DNA of 64,000 nucleotides, taken from assembly GCF_009914755.1 (NCBI RefSeq), contig NC_060926.1; one strand, 5' to 3'. The notes below the pieces were generated by a model. The model was not told the origin of the DNA. It did no database searches and saw only the letters and a program-made list of their open reading frames with translations. This stretch comes from the human T2T-CHM13v2.0 reference genome, Homo sapiens. How positions within the stretch are numbered: the stretch's first letter is position 1; each line of letters opens with the position of its first letter. Positions 1-17,679 of this stretch are shown piece by piece. A program made the translations under genes and the position numbers.

Positions 1-1306
1 AGCACCAAAGGGCAGCTTACCAATCCTTTCATATCAGAAGGAGTCTTGAGTTATAACTTTAAGTGATCTCTTGGTCAACTAGACCAAATAGTTACTGAAA
101 TATTCTCAGTAATATGTCAGCAATATATTTACCATTTCTGATAATATTTTTATTTTATATTTATACTAAATAACGACTTAGTTGGAGAGAAAACTCTTGG
201 ATCCTAACTACTTCACAACTTCTCAACCCATTGACTTCTGTCACATTGTGTAACAGAGAAATCTGAAGAAATCTGTATATAACGTATATCACTAATCACC
301 CCATTTACCTTGATTCCTTGGCCTGACTACTCACAGTTAGCTTTTTTTTCTTAAGGCTTATAATTTTAAAAAATTTACCTGAGCTTTTATCTAGGTATGG
401 GTCTCTTTTCACTTATCTGAAATTTCGTGTTTCCTTTAATTATACATATCTGAGTTTGGGAGTATTTGTTTTTACTTAAAGTCTTATTTCATTATATCTG
501 ATCATCATTTCTGTTCCAAGTATCTGATTTACTTTCAGTGGAGTACTTATCACTCCTTTGTTGGGTTCCCAGTAACTTTCTTTCATAGTCATTACCTCAA
601 AACATTCATTTTCATCACTTATATATTTTTTTGAATGCTTTGTGAGAGTTTCTCAAGTTTGTTCTCCACAGATACTTCACTATCTGTAATATTAAATTCA
701 TCTCTTTCTAATCTACTGCCATTAAAATAAAATGTCAGCTTTGCTACTGTGTATTAGTTCCCAGTCATCCTCCCTGTTTCCTGTTTCCCTTTTTCAACTT
801 GTAGCCCTTTCATCTGAGTTTGCTCTCTCCTTATGGGATTTCTTTCCTGTTTTAATGGGGTCACATTTATTTTTACATGCTGTTGGGTATGCCCATTGTT
901 TTTGTCTTCATTTTTTCCTGGTTTCTTTCACATTCACAGGGCAGCTCTTCCTTCAATGCTTCAGATTCTTTCCCTTCCTCTTACTCTGCAGTACTTTTTG
1001 CAGAGAGCTTTCCTTTTCCCCAGGTTAAAGCACAACCAACCCACGCTCAGTTTCTGCCAAGCAGAGGTACAGATCACCCTTGCTAGTAGAATCCCTTCCC
1101 AAAATGATGTGCAAGATCTAAGCAATTCCCGGTCCTTATTTAGGGTGGTTCTACTAGAACAAAGGGGGAACTTCCTGTATTCCAAATAGTTAAGTTCCTT
1201 AAAACACTGAACAGGTGGAATTTCAAAAATTCCACCTTTTGGCCTCATACTACCTACCTACCTAGGCTCTACCTACCTGGGCCCTACCTACCTATGTCCT
1301 ACCTAT

Positions 1307-2110
1307 TGTCACGGCTCAGGATATGCTACCCCAAACTACGGCCACTTGGAGGCCACTGTGACCTCCCCCCGCCTTTCTGTGGGACAGCTGGCCGTAAAGA
1401 AGTTCTCTAACCTACCTCTTCTGAAAGTATGTCTTTTTGTTTTGTTTTGTTTTTTGAGACAGAGTCTCACTCTGTCACCCAGGCTGGAGTGCAGTGGCAT
1501 GATCTCAGCTCACTATAACCTCCCGGGTTCAAGCAATTCTCGTGCCTCAGCCTCCCCAGTCACTGAGATTACTGGTGCACACCATCACACCCAACTGATT
1601 TTTGTAGTTTTAGTAGAGATGGGGTTTCGCCATGTTGCCCAAGCTGGTCTCGAACTCCTAGCCTCAAGCGATTTACCCACCTCAGCCTCCCAAAGTGCTA
1701 GGATTACAGGCATCAGCCACGACACCCGGACTTGAAAGTCATTAAACCCTCATGTGACAAGGGCCCCATCCTATACCTGGAGGAAAGGAATGTTACACAC
1801 AGAGGCCAAGAAGAATCTCAACAAACAAGCCTACCTAAGTTCCCCCATTTATTACTACTGAATAATACCGTTTTTGTCCAATCATACTTCTATATGACTG
1901 TCCATTGTTCACTGAACTTACACACAAAAACAGTTTTTCCTGGATCTGTGGGTCTTTGGGTCTTCTTTTCTGAAGGCTCCCATGTCATGTAAAACTTTGA
2001 TTAAACAAATTTGTTATGCTTCTCTATTGTCAATCTGTCTTTTGTTATATGGATACTGGCCATGACCCCTGCAATCGGTGAGGAAAAGACATTACTTTTT
2101 CTCTCCTCCA
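1307..2110 (+). mobile_element. ERV1-type LTR (MER34/MER39-like) interrupted by an Alu
   Basis: 5' end tgtcacggctcaggatatgctaccccaaa; 3' part ctcccatgtcatgtaaaactttgattaaa. Confidence 0.55.
1437..1731 (-). mobile_element. Alu
   Basis: Antisense Alu with T-rich tail; degenerate TSD tgaaagt. Confidence 0.9.
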
Positions 2111-2615
2111 CTACCTTTCTAGGCTCAGTTCAATTCACCATCTTCTCCATGCAGCCCTTTCCTGCCATGAAGACCAATTCTGACCCCTCACTTCTTCAAA
2201 GGCTAATCTTTGTCAGTACCATACAATTTACCAATTGTTTTGTAATTATTTCATGTTTTCTCTAACTCCAGGTCAAGTTAATCAATGCCAGTTACATTTT
2301 AGACTTCTCTGTAATAGCACAGAGGCAGAATATTTGTCAACTGACAGAAATGCAGTTACAGAGAACTTCAAAAAGAATCCAAACACTTCCACTAAGGTGA
2401 AATTTTGAGTAACAGGTACAATTTAGGCAACCAAATCTCTAATACTGAATTTAAAAAAAAAAAAAACTCAACATTCTAGTTTCTCTTCTGAAGCTTCTGA
2501 AAAGAATCAGTTTATTTTTAAGTAGAAAAAAGGCTCTATATATTAAAAGATAAAAACACAATCAGTTTCCATTGCTTAAAAAAACTTGCTAATTCAAAAA
2601 GTTAAAATAGCATAT

Positions 2616-2618
<3 letters not shown>

Positions 2619-2660
<42 letters not shown>
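2619..2660. repeat. (GT)21 microsatellite
   Basis: Perfect dinucleotide run next to an Alu tail. Confidence 0.97.
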
Positions 2661-2663
<3 letters not shown>

Positions 2664-2671
2664 CATATATT

Positions 2672-2962
2672 TTTTTGTTTTTGAGACAGTCTCACTTTGT
2701 CACCCAGGCTGGAGTGCAGTGGTGCAATCTCAGCTCACTACAAGCTCCACCTCCTGGGTTCAAGCGATTATCATGCCTCAACCTCCTGAGTAGCTGAGAT
2801 CACAGGTGTGTGCCACCATGCTCAGCTAATTTTTGTATTTTTAATAGAGGCAGGGTTTCGCCATGTAGGCCAGGCTGGTCTCAAACTCCTGACCTCAAGT
2901 GATCTGCCCACCTTGGCCTCCCAAACTGCTGGGATTACAGACGTGAGGCACCATGCCCGGCC
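2672..2962 (-). mobile_element. Alu (S-like)
   Basis: Antisense dimeric Alu. Confidence 0.9.
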
Positions 2963-3186
2963 ATATAACATAACTAAGAACATAAAATATTCTTTTGGGC
3001 TGGGATAGTCTAAAAGTGCTATAAGCAAATATTATATCTCAAATCTGTCAGGATCCAAAATCCACACAATTATGTTTCAATGAGTTCTATTATATTACAT
3101 TCATCAGCTCACTTCTGTTTAATAATTATTAACTTATTTTTAATACAACTCACTCATACAATGATCAGAGTAAAAAGTCTACTTAC

Positions 3187-3239
3187 CCCACCCATTGTAA
3201 TTCCATGAATAAGTGCAACATAAGGTTTCTGGCAAGAAC
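3187..3239 (-). CDS. HIBCH: HIBCH exon 6 (53 nt), (G)SCQKPYVALIHGITMGG
   Basis: tttcag|GT TCT...GGT GGG|gtaagt; KPYVALIHGITMGGG crotonase motif. Confidence 0.97.
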
Positions 3240-3473
3240 CTGAAAGAAACAGAGCTGTAATTTTAGTTACAGTGTTTAAAATACATTCCCTTTTTCTTAA
3301 AAAAAAACCCACATTATATATACTCAAGATTTTCCCTAGGAAATTTTAGCAAGAAACACCAAAGACGACTAAATGTATGGCTTATAAAATACATATTTTT
3401 AAATGTCAATCCAACACAATCCTATCTATTCATTATCATTTAACAACTTAACCTTCGATTTTAAACAAAAGCC

Positions 3474-3798
<325 letters not shown>

Positions 3799-4429
3799 TT
3801 ATGGTTGGGAACATTCAATATCAAAGATGTCAATTCCCTCCAAATTAACCCATAATTCATTCTAAGTCTAATCATAATCTCAGTAGAAACTTTTGTGAAA
3901 CTAGATAAAACAATTCTAAAATTCATATGGAAGATCCAAAGTCCAACAGCAGCCAAGAAAAAAGACATGTAGAAAAAGCATCTTAAAGAATTTGGAAACA
4001 AAGTAATGATGCATAAACACTATGATCTATCCATTCTACATATTATTTCTGGAGAAACTTTTGCACATGGGAAATAAGGGACCACATACTAGATAGAGTA
4101 CAACTATCTATGTTAGTAACTACTGGAAGCTAAAATATCCATTAATGTAGAACAGATAATTAATGTGGGATATAATCATAATATTGGATACCACAGAAGA
4201 GTTACATTCCATGTTGTTAAAAACAATTTATGGAATGGTTACACAGTAAGATAGTATTTATGTAAATTGCTAAACACAAAGTAAAAATCTTTTAGTTCAA
4301 ACTTAAAATAAAAGCTAAAAAACAAAAGGAATTGGAAAGCTTAAAAAGCAGCGGCCTCTATTTGTCTACTTTGCTGTATAAAATATGATACAATGCTCTG
4401 CATTTCTATTTTGTCTTTAAACTTCCACC

Positions 4430-4757
<328 letters not shown>

Positions 4758-5486
4758 TTACTATTTTAAATACTTTAATGTTAAATGAGTATACAGCTTT
4801 TTTCATCACTTAGTAATTATTTTCATCAATTCATATTTTTAGAAAAACATATATATCCCCATGTGTTTAATCTACTAGATATTAATTCATGTTTTTATGC
4901 CAATATATAAATGTTTATTTGTCTAAAAGGCACATGACAAAAACTGAATTTATTTTTCCAACTATATGTCAAAATACGTTAATATCATGTATTCAATCAA
5001 ATTCTAACTTAAAATCTTTTAGTTCATAAATATTTAGTAAAAATGTCAAATATGGTCTAGGAGAATACACTAAAAATTAATGACAATGGTTGTTTTTGAG
5101 GAGGGATAAATGGTTGCTTCTGGGGAAAGTAATGGCACTGAGGAAAGCAAAAAAATGGGCTGAAATGTAACTTCCAAACTTGCAGTATTATATTTCTTTT
5201 GGAGAAATTTTAAATCATCAAGCAAAAACAAAATATTGACGTCTGTTAATTCTGGGCTGGAGGGTACACAAGTACTTATTATGTTATTTCCTGTATCTTA
5301 ACTTCGCATGCTAGATAAAAGTACTGCTTCACCTCCAATGAAACCTAGAACCTTGAATATAAAGAAATTTTTATTCCTAAGAATTAGGAAATGATACTAT
5401 ACTTCATTTTATAGAGAAAACTGGAACCCAAGTTTTTTCCCCCAAGAAAGCTACCACATGATGAGAAATCCATATTTTCATATTGA

Positions 5487-5806
<320 letters not shown>

Positions 5807-5969
5807 TAAGTATAGCCTACTAATATTAAAGGGTAACTGTTCTGAAATAAGCACTTAAAATAGTTTAATCAACTTTACTTATGCCTGGCACATGGTATTA
5901 AAAGTTTAAGTAAGGATGCCTATTGATTGCATTTTTAACAAAGTACATACTGTCCACCTCATTTCTTTA

Positions 5970-6128
<159 letters not shown>

Positions 6129-6338
6129 TCAACATTGTCAACTAGATCAAAAGTATTATGAAAATTAAATACTGGGGGAAGGGAGTACTCTAAAATGACT
6201 TGTTAAAAGTTTTGAAGTTGCCCCTGCCACAGACATTATATTATAGTCACAGATCCATAGTCCAATGTCAAAGCTTCAAGGCAAAAATTCCTATTCTTGT
6301 TTTCCATGCTTCTTACAAAATGTTAGATTAGAAATTAT

Positions 6339-6628
6339 AGGCTGGGCATGGTGGCTCAAACCTGTAATCGCAGCACTTTGAGAAACCAGGTGGGAGGATT
6401 CCTTGAGGCCAGGAGTTTGAGACCAGCCTGGTGAAACTCTGTCTCAACAAAAAATGTTTAATTAGCTGGCTGCAGTGCCACATGCCTGTAGTTCCAGCTG
6501 CTCAGGAGGCTGAGCCGGGAGGATCATTTGAGCCCAGGATATTGAGGCTACAGTGAGCCATGATCACACCACTGTACTCTAGCCTGGAGAGAAGAGTGAC
6601 ACCCTGTCTCCTTAAAAAAAATAATAAT
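6339..6628 (+). mobile_element. Alu (J-like)
   Basis: Diverged sense Alu. Confidence 0.88.
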
Positions 6629-7579
6629 ATATTGCAACAAGCTACATTTTCTTTTGATTATTTTCTCTAGCACTTAAATTAACATTTGCTAGACATACAT
6701 TTCCTTTGGTAATATGTCTTAATACAAAATGTATTATACGTGTGTGTATAGTGCTACAACGTATCCCATGTCCTTAAATATTTCTGCCACATTCATTTCC
6801 CCCATAAAACATTTATTGAGCACCTACTACATACCAAGTAATGTTTTAGGTGTTGCAGATAATAAAGACAGCAACACAAGATGGCTGTCCTGGAGTTTAG
6901 ACTGATACTAAAACATATTCTTTGTCCTGTAAGGATTGGGGTGCTGTCAGAATGGGAGCAGGAGATGTGTAATTAATTAAAAGAAGGCTTCCTAGAAGAG
7001 GTAACCCTAAGCCAAGTTGGAAAAGGTAAATAGGAATTTCCTAGAAAATGACAGAAAGAAAAATTCTGACTAGGGGAAGCAGTACCCTACAAAGCCTCAA
7101 AGTCAAGAAAGAAGAGTAAAATCAAGAATCAAACAGCTTTAAAAGACTAAAGGGCAAAGGGAAAAGGTGAGGCTAGACAGGTAAATAATATACTGACATT
7201 CTTATTTATTAACATCGATAGAAATGTAAATTCTCAAAGACATTGCTACAGCATACCACTGCCTGGCTTAAAAAACAAATGCTCAGTAAATATCTACTGA
7301 ATAGTGAACACTATCAAATGGTTTCACTTCTGTTGCAATCTTCTATTACCCAGAGTTCACATCTCCTACCATATTCCTCCTCCAGTCAATCTCAAGACTG
7401 CTATCAAAGTTTCCTCTTCTATATACTGCAACTCATATGCCTTTCTTGTCTTTAAGTCCTATGAGATTTATCTATTAAAACACAAACTAAACATTTCATA
7501 GATATGTTTCCTCTTTTATGGGAAAGTATTACATACAAAATGTTGTCTACCAATTCTTACACTAACTCTAGAATTCTCT

Positions 7580-8373
<794 letters not shown>

Positions 8374-8792
8374 TAAGTTTTATCGCCTTTGGAATGAAGC
8401 TCTTTTACCTCAAAAACCTTCTCAAATTTCCTTCAAATCTTTTTCTGATCTAATTTTTATTCTAATCAATTAGTTCCATCTAAATTAAAATTAAATGTCC
8501 TTCACAATCATTTTTTGAAAATTTTCTGAGTGTCCACTTATTGTCTTGGACTATAATCTTTCAAGAAATTACATTTCCTGGACTTGAATCCACTGCTTTA
8601 TATGTGTAAACTACAATAATTCTACAACTTGTAGCTGTTATTTCCAAACGTCAATATAAAATTAGGCCTATATGCAGAAATAGCTCAGTCAGAAAAAGCT
8701 AATAAACTCAATACATAAAGCTCTGCCCACCTGTAAACTGACGATCACAGGCCAGACGAAAGGCTAATTCAAGGCTGAAAAACAGTATTTTA

Positions 8793-9086
<294 letters not shown>

Positions 9087-9615
9087 ACGCATGTTGTAGG
9101 CAAAACAACAGATTCAAAAACAATTCAGTTAACAGATCAGTTTAAGTAATCAAAGTTTTCATTAAACTGCAATTTTAAAATTCATTAATAAGTATTTGAA
9201 ATTATGTCCTGAATCCAGCTTTTTTCCTGTTCCTAAGGTAATGGTTTACGTAAGTTTGGTGAACAAGCCCAAAGACTGTTGTCTTAATACAACAAACAAA
9301 CAAACATATAAAATTAAAACACAAAGAAAAAAACCATCCCTGAACCCTACCAAATCCACAAGAAACAAGATACAAAATGTAAAAAGTTTTCAATATACTG
9401 TACATATAATATGGACAATTATAGTGATTATAATAAATACATGACACTGATGCTGAGAACAGACATTTCTTCTCTTTTGTCTTTAACATTTAAATGTGTA
9501 TAGACAGACTGACCTGAACAATTATGAAAAATAAAGAGAGTTTCTCTTTTTATCTCAGCATGTTTAAACACGTAAAATATACTTACAATATATATTTTGT
9601 AATATATATTTTGTG

Positions 9616-9641
9616 TATATATATATATATATATATATATA
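9616..9641. repeat. (TA)n microsatellite
   Basis: Perfect TA run. Confidence 0.95.
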
Positions 9642-10001
9642 GCAACAGGATAAATGCTATAAATAAGTACATAGAAGATGGTTGCTTTGGGATCTTGAAT
9701 AGTGGGAAGCATAGGACAAGTTATGGAAATATGTGAGAGCATGTCATATTTGAAGAATGGCAAGTCAACATGGCCAGATAGTCAGGTTATAAGACCAACA
9801 GAACTGCTTAATATCAGCTCTTCTAAAATATAAAGTGGACCCATATACCCTAACTGGACATTTTGTTTGTGATGATTCAGGGAGAGAGACAACATATTTA
9901 AATTTCAAATGGGTATTTGTGTAGTGAGAAAAAAAAATCTGCTATTCTCATTTGCTAATACTAACTGCAGAAAGTAAGTCTTTAAATTTTTCTTTTTCCT
10001 A

Positions 10002-10217
<216 letters not shown>

Positions 10218-10842
10218 CTATTCAAATGTAACAGAAGATGGTATAAGCATATTATAAACACAAACTCATTAAAGTTATATGCATATGCACATATATTCAA
10301 TCATATATTCATATACATATGTGTTTGTGACAGTACATATTCTTCTGTAAGGGATATCCAGAAGAACGAATCTCATCCCATTCCTTATCAAATGAACTTC
10401 ATATGCTTTTCCCAGATAAAGTAGAGGCTATTTCAAAAATGTTGCTAGATGAGTACACTGTGTGATCCAAATTTCAAGATGGCACCTGAAATCTTTGCCA
10501 TAACTTTGATACCAAGATGAACAAATAAGGGCATAATAATAATATGTTACATAAACGTATAAATTTGGAGAACAAATCAACCCAAAGACTGCTGATAAAT
10601 ATAGCAATAACCTTTCTACTGTGCTGATACAGGGCTCTCTTACTCTTAATACGTAAGTAACATAGTGAAACCACTTATAATATAAAAAATCCAAGTCCTT
10701 TGGGATTGGTAAAGACAGCTAATAAATAAGTAGGATGAAAGAATCAAGAGCTGATGAAAATGTGAAAGTCCAGAACAATGGACGAAATGAAAAATTAGTT
10801 ACCCACAGACAGAAAACTTAACAGGGGTTCTATCAATCTATA

Positions 10843-11161
10843 CAGGTTGAGTATCCCTTATCTGAAATGCTTGGGACCAAAAGTGTTTCAGACTTTTTTA
10901 GATTTTAGAATATTTGCATATACAATATGAGATATCCTGGGGATTGGGAATTCCTTTATGTTTCATATCCACCTTATACACATAGCCTGAAAGTAATTAA
11001 TTTTTCCCATAGGGACCCTGAATAAACAGTGTGTTGTGCACTTGTATTTTGACTGCAAGCAATCATGAGGCCAGGTGTGGAATTTTCCACTTGTGGCATC
11101 ATGTTGATGCTTAAAGAGTTTTTGAATTTTATAGCATTTTGAATTAAGGATGTTCAACCTG
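10843..11161. mobile_element. Tigger4/MER46-type DNA transposon derivative
   Basis: TIRs caggttgagtatcc / ggatgttcaacctg with TA target duplications. Confidence 0.85.
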
Positions 11162-11725
11162 TACTAGAGAATAAATATGTAACGCACAAGGAAGATGTAG
11201 CTGGACAGACGTGATTGTCCAAAAGGTTCATGCAATACCGGACTACATTAATTACATTAATAGAGATGTTATTCTAACATGAACATTTCTAATTTCTTCC
11301 ACTCTGGTCCAACTCTGATTTGCAACATTTGGCTTATTTCTATGTATCACATTTTGGGACATATTATAATGGTATCTCAAACAGAAACATAAGAATGGAA
11401 GACAGACTCATCAAAAGAAGAATTAAGGAATTGGTAGCCAGGGGAAAACTAGTATTTGTTAAACATCTACATGGCAGACTGTATTAGGTACTTATATATA
11501 CTATTCACTTAATCTTTACATATCATCATCCCCATTTCAGAACTGAGGAGATTTGAGGTATGGAGAGATTAACTTTCCCAGCCTACACTGTTAATAAATA
11601 GAAATCCACGTTTCAAACCAGACAGTCTGACTTTAAGTCCTGTTTTTCTACTATTCCATGCTGCTCACTTAGGAAAGTTTACGGCCTTCTCTGAGAAAAA
11701 GCAGGCAGTTTAAAAGCAGCTGTCT

Positions 11726-12050
<325 letters not shown>

Positions 12051-12286
12051 TCAGGTGGAAGCAGATTCGATTTGTACACTCATCCTCTCAGAGGCAGAAC
12101 CAGTATCATTGGTTTAAAGGTCAGAGAAATACAGAGTGACAGAACACAAAAAGAAACTTGCAAACAAATCAGTGCTATATAAAAGTCAGAGTCTGTCTCA
12201 GGAGGCAGTAAGCTCCCTATCACCAGGGATGCTCAAGAATAACTGCACAGGGGAAGCACTGAAACCTCAAGAATTGATGGGGCTTA

Positions 12287-12562
<276 letters not shown>

Positions 12563-13347
12563 TTATGACAAAATTTCTTAAGTTTTTATCACAAGCCAAC
12601 ATCAAAACATACATATCAAATGCAAATCTTGCATATTAATGGTAACTAAAGGAAAGAATAACTAGGTACACCTTATAAGTTTCTGAAGTTATTTAGATTA
12701 TGTAGATGAACAATTCCAAAGCAAATCATACACACCTCCTAAATTTTTATTTCTGAGCTAACTGAATAAGCTGACTTATTATATAGAGCCCAGTCTAGAA
12801 TTTCTTGGACTTTGAAATACCCTTAAATATTTTAATTTACTACTGTATATCAAGTTCTATGTTACATACTGAGAAAGCAAAGATGAATAAGAGAGGGCAA
12901 ATAATTCTGACTATTGTAGCTATGGTCAACTTGAAAACAAAGACGATACTTGAGTTGGGGCTTGATGTATCCCAAGAAAAAGGGGAGGTGAGAATTCCAG
13001 GCAAAGGAAACAGCACATGCTAAGCCATAAGCAATGACTATTTGGAAATGTTAAGATGTTAAAACATTAGTGGAACAAAGGCTGGCTGAGGAAACGAGTG
13101 GTGAGAGGGTAGGCAGAATAAGTAGTTTGCAGCCAGATTATAATATGACAGACTTAATAATTGTGAAGAAGTTTCCTGTATACTGACTTAAAGCCTTGCA
13201 CAATATAACTTAATCACCAGGTCTCACTGCTTATGTATTTTGCAGTATTAACTAATAAAACACCTGTAAGGAACACAGTTTTAACTATACTGTGATTTCC
13301 CAGGACTCTGCTATACCCAACCATCAGGACTCATGGCATCACTATTC

Positions 13348-14629
13348 TAAGTTCTGGGATACATGTGCTGAATGTGCAGGTTTGTTACATAGGTATACAT
13401 GTGCCATGGCAGTTTGCTGCACCCATCAACCTGTCATCTAGGTTTTAAACCCTGCGTGCATTAGGTATTTGTTCTAAAGTTCTCCCTCCCCTTGCCCCCC
13501 ACCCCCCAACAGGCCCCAGTGTGTGATGTTCCTTTCCCCGTGTCTGTGTGTTCTCATTGTTCAACTCCCACTTATCAGTGAGAACATATGGTGTTTGGTT
13601 TTCTGTCCCTGTGTTAGTTTGCTGAGAATGATAGTTTACAGCTTTATCCATGTCCCTGCGAAGGACATGAGCTCATTCTTTTTCATGGCTGCATAGTATT
13701 CCATGGTGTATATGTGCCACATTTTCTTTATCCAGTCTATTATTGATGGGCACCTGGTTTGGCTCCAAGTCTTTGCTATTGTAAATAGTGCTGCAATAAA
13801 CATATGTGTACATGTGCCTTTCTAGTAGAATGACTTATAATCCTTTGGGTATATACCCAGAAATGGGATTGTGGGGTCAAACAGTATTTCTGGTTCTAGA
13901 TCCTTGAGGAATCGCCACAGTGTCTTCCACAATGGTTGAATTTACACTCCCACCAACAGCGTAAAAGCGTTCTTATTTCTCCGCAGCCTCACCAGCATCT
14001 GTTGTTGCCTGACTTTTTAATAATCGCCATGCTGACTGCGTGAGATGGTATCTCATTGAGGTTTTGATTTGCATTTCTCTAATGACCAGTAATAATGAGC
14101 TTTTTTTCATGTTAGTTGGCCGTATACATGTCGTCTTTTGATAAGTCTGTTCATATCCTTCTCCCACTTTTTGATGGGTTTTTTTTTTCTTGTAAATTTA
14201 AGTTCCTTGGAGATTCTAGATATTAGACCTTTGTCAGATGGGTAGATTGCAAAATTTTTCTCCCATTCTGTAGACTGCCTGTTCATGTTCACTCTGATGA
14301 TAGTTTCTTTTGTGGTGCAGCAGCTCTTTAGTTTGATTAGATCCCATTTGTCAATTTTGGCTTTTGTTGCAATTGCTTTTGGTGTTTTAGTTATGAAGTC
14401 TTTGCCCACGCCTATATCCTGAATGGTACTGCCTAAGTTTTCTTCTAGGGTTTTTACTGTTTTGGGTTTTACATTTAAGTCTTTAATTCATCTTGAGTTA
14501 ATTTTTGTATAAGATGTAAGGAAGGGGTCCAGTTTCAGTTTTCTGCATATGGCTAGCCAGTTTTCCCAGCACCATTTATTAAATAGGAAATGCTTTCCCC
14601 ATTGCTTGTTTTTGTCAGGTTTGTTGAAG
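13348..14629 (-). mobile_element. 5'-truncated L1PA element (ORF2 end plus 3' UTR)
   Basis: ORF2 remnants [12 protein letters not shown] and [10 protein letters not shown]; degenerate TSD atggca(t/c)cac(t/c)attc. Confidence 0.9.
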
Positions 14630-15254
14630 ATGGCACCACCATTCTCAACACATTCCTTTATGTAAAGGCAACACTTAAAACCTCGCATGGGAAAAGTGTG
14701 CAATGTAAAATTGAAAATTGAAATTGGAAAATTTTAACTGGAGAATGCCAATTAAAACTAAACAGCACACTTATTAGCAAAAATCTAATAGAACCTAGAA
14801 GTACATATTTTGACTGCATTAAGCAACACGTTTATATAACGTTTAAGTTCTCCTTTATGAAATCAAGTTGCATATTTAATATTGGAGTTAATTTTTGTTA
14901 AAATTATCAGATAAAAATAGAAATAATTTATATTCACTTAAAGTTACAGGAACAATTCTTAAACAACAGAAAAAGTTGTGTCTTTTCAATTTCATTTGAA
15001 TTTCTCAGTTTCTCTAACGAGAAATTCAAATAAAAACTTTAGCAACAGTAAGATATATTTTGTAATCACATTGACAATGATCAAAGTCTGATATACACAC
15101 ACACACACACATATCTGATATATTCTTGAGTATAAGTAAACAAACATACTGGGGAAGGATAAACTTACAGAACCTGAAACAGTCTGACACTTTTTTTTCA
15201 CAGATAGATACACATGGCTTTTATTTTTCTAAATGCTAGGAAACAGTGTTAAGG

Positions 15255-16545
15255 TTTTGTTTTTGTTTTTTTAACTTTTATTTTAGGTTCAGGGTACATG
15301 CGCAGGTTTGTTATATAGTTAAATTCATGTCGTGGGGGTTTGTTGTACAGACTGTCACATAAACCTAGAACCCAACAGTTATTTTTTTCTGCTCCTCTCC
15401 CTCCTCCTATCCTCGACTCTCAAGTAAGCCCCAGTGTCTGTTGTTTTCCTCTTTGTGTCCATGTGTTCACATCATTTAGCTCCCACTTATAAGTGAGAAC
15501 GTGCGGTATCTGGTTTTCTGTTCCTGCATTAGTTTGCTAAGGATTGATGGCCTCCAGGTCCCTCCATGTTCCTGCAAAGGACATAGTCTTCTTCTTTTTT
15601 ATGGCTGTATAGTATTCTATGGTGTATATGTATCACGTTTTCTTTATCCAATCTGCTACTGATGGGCATTTAGGTTGATTCCATGTCTTTGCTATTGTGA
15701 AGATCCTGCAGTGAACATACGTGTGCATGTGTCTTTATGGTAGTACAATTTATATTCCCTTAGGTATACACCCAGTAATGGAACTGCTGGGTCGAATGAC
15801 AGTTCTGTTTTTAGCTCTTTAAATCGCGACACCGCTTTCCACAATGGTGGAACTAATTTAAACGCTCATCAACAGTGTATACACGTTCCCTTTTCTGCAC
15901 ATCCTCACCAGCATCTGTTATTTTTTGACTTTTTAACAATAGCCATTCTGACTGGTGTGAGATGGTATCTCATCATGGTTTTGTTTTGCATTTCTCTAAT
16001 GATCAGTGATACTGAGCTTTTTTTTTTTTAATATGTGGTTGGCTGCATGTCTATCTTCTTCTAAAAAGTGTTTTTTCATGTACTTTGCCCATTTTTTAAC
16101 GGGGTTGTTTTTTTCTTATAAATTTAAGTTTCTTATAGATGCTGGATATTGGACCTTTGTCAGATGCATAGTTTGCATGTTCTCCCATTCTGTAGGTTGT
16201 ATGTTTGTTGATAGTTTCTTTTGCTGTCCAGAAGCTCTTTACTTTAATTAGATCTCATTTGTCAATTTTTGGTTTTGTTGCAATTGTTTTTGGCGTCTTC
16301 GTCATGAAATCTTTGCCCGTTCTTATGTCAAGAATGATACTGCCTAGGTTGTCTTCCAGGGTTTTTACAGCTTTGGGTTTTACATTTAAATCTTTAATTC
16401 ATCTTGAGATAATTTTTGTATATAGTGTAAGCAAGGGGTCCGGTTTCCATTCTCTGCATCTGGCTAGCCAGTTATCCCAGCACCATTTATTGAATAAGGA
16501 ATCCTTCTGTCATTGCTCCATTAGTCAGGTTTGTCAAAGATCAGA
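15255..16545 (-). mobile_element. 5'-truncated older L1PA element
   Basis: Antisense L1 3' UTR and ORF2 end with T-rich tail. Confidence 0.85.
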
Positions 16546-17220
16546 CACATGTCTGTCTGAATGGCTGTAAGTTAGTCAAAAGAGAAATCTACACGAATGT
16601 TGGAAATGGAAGTGAAGCAGCCACCCCTGCTTACCAGGGGCATAAGCCATAAGAAAGATTAACTTAAAATGTTAATCTTAGTTAACATTTCCCACTCTCT
16701 TGCTGAACTTTCCTCCTGGAACCCAACCAGGCTAGGATGACTGGAGCCAGAGGTGCTGGCTCAGGAGGGAAACAGAGGTCACTGCTAAATCCTTTCCCTT
16801 TATCTCCCATACAGAACAAAAGGCTTTATCTGCAGGGAGGGGAAGGAAAACCCTCAAGCTTGTAGCCCTAGGTCTATGATAAAGTCTCATTCTAGTGGGG
16901 GAAGGAAATAGAGGCCTACTAAATAAAAGTCTTCATCTCAAAAGAGAAGCACTTCAAGACCATAGCCTAAGGACCTTAGTGTTTGTCAACAACAGCTGAA
17001 GAAAAGGAAGTGGGGACAAAAGAAAAGGAAAATTTAAAAAGGCAGTCAATCTCAATCCCCAGAGGAGGGAGAGGGAATTGGGGGAAGGAGTAGTGCCTGA
17101 CTACAAAGGGGAAGCATGGAAAATTTTAGGGGAATGGAACTCCTCTGCATGTATTGGGGTGGTGGGTACATGCTTTATAAATTTGTCAAAACTCACAGAA
17201 ATGTACATCACAAACACAAC

Positions 17221-17598
17221 TGTCTTAGTCCATTCCTGCTGCTACAGCAAAATGCCTTAAACTGGGTAATTTATAAAGAACAGAAATTTATTTCTAACAG
17301 TTATAGAGGCTAGGAAGTTCAAGATCAAGATCAAGGCAAGTTCAAGTTCGAGATTCAGTGCCTGGTGAGACCCCATTTTGCATGAGTTCTGTGTGTCCAC
17401 ACATGGCACAAGGAAGGAAAAGGGCAAAGACGCCTAGTTGACTCCCTTCAACCTCTTTTATAAGAGTACTAATCCCGTGACAGTGGGGTGCTCACGACTT
17501 ACCACTTCCCAAAAAGCCCCACCTCTTAATACCATCACATTTGGTATTAGGCTCCAACATACAAATTTTGGAGGGACACATACATTCAAACCATAGCA
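17221..17598 (-). mobile_element. MST-family MaLR solo LTR
   Basis: tgtcttagtccattcc...acattcaaaccatagca. Confidence 0.8.
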
Positions 17599-17679
17599 TG
17601 AGCTATCTTTTAAAAAGCAAAAAAATTACCTAGGATATCAGGGAATTCCAATATGGAATGCAGACTATGACAAATGAAC

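Noticed and set aside
1248-1304. CCTA-rich repeat with spacer-like interruptions
   Set aside because: Degenerate tetranucleotide microsatellite; not a CRISPR-like array
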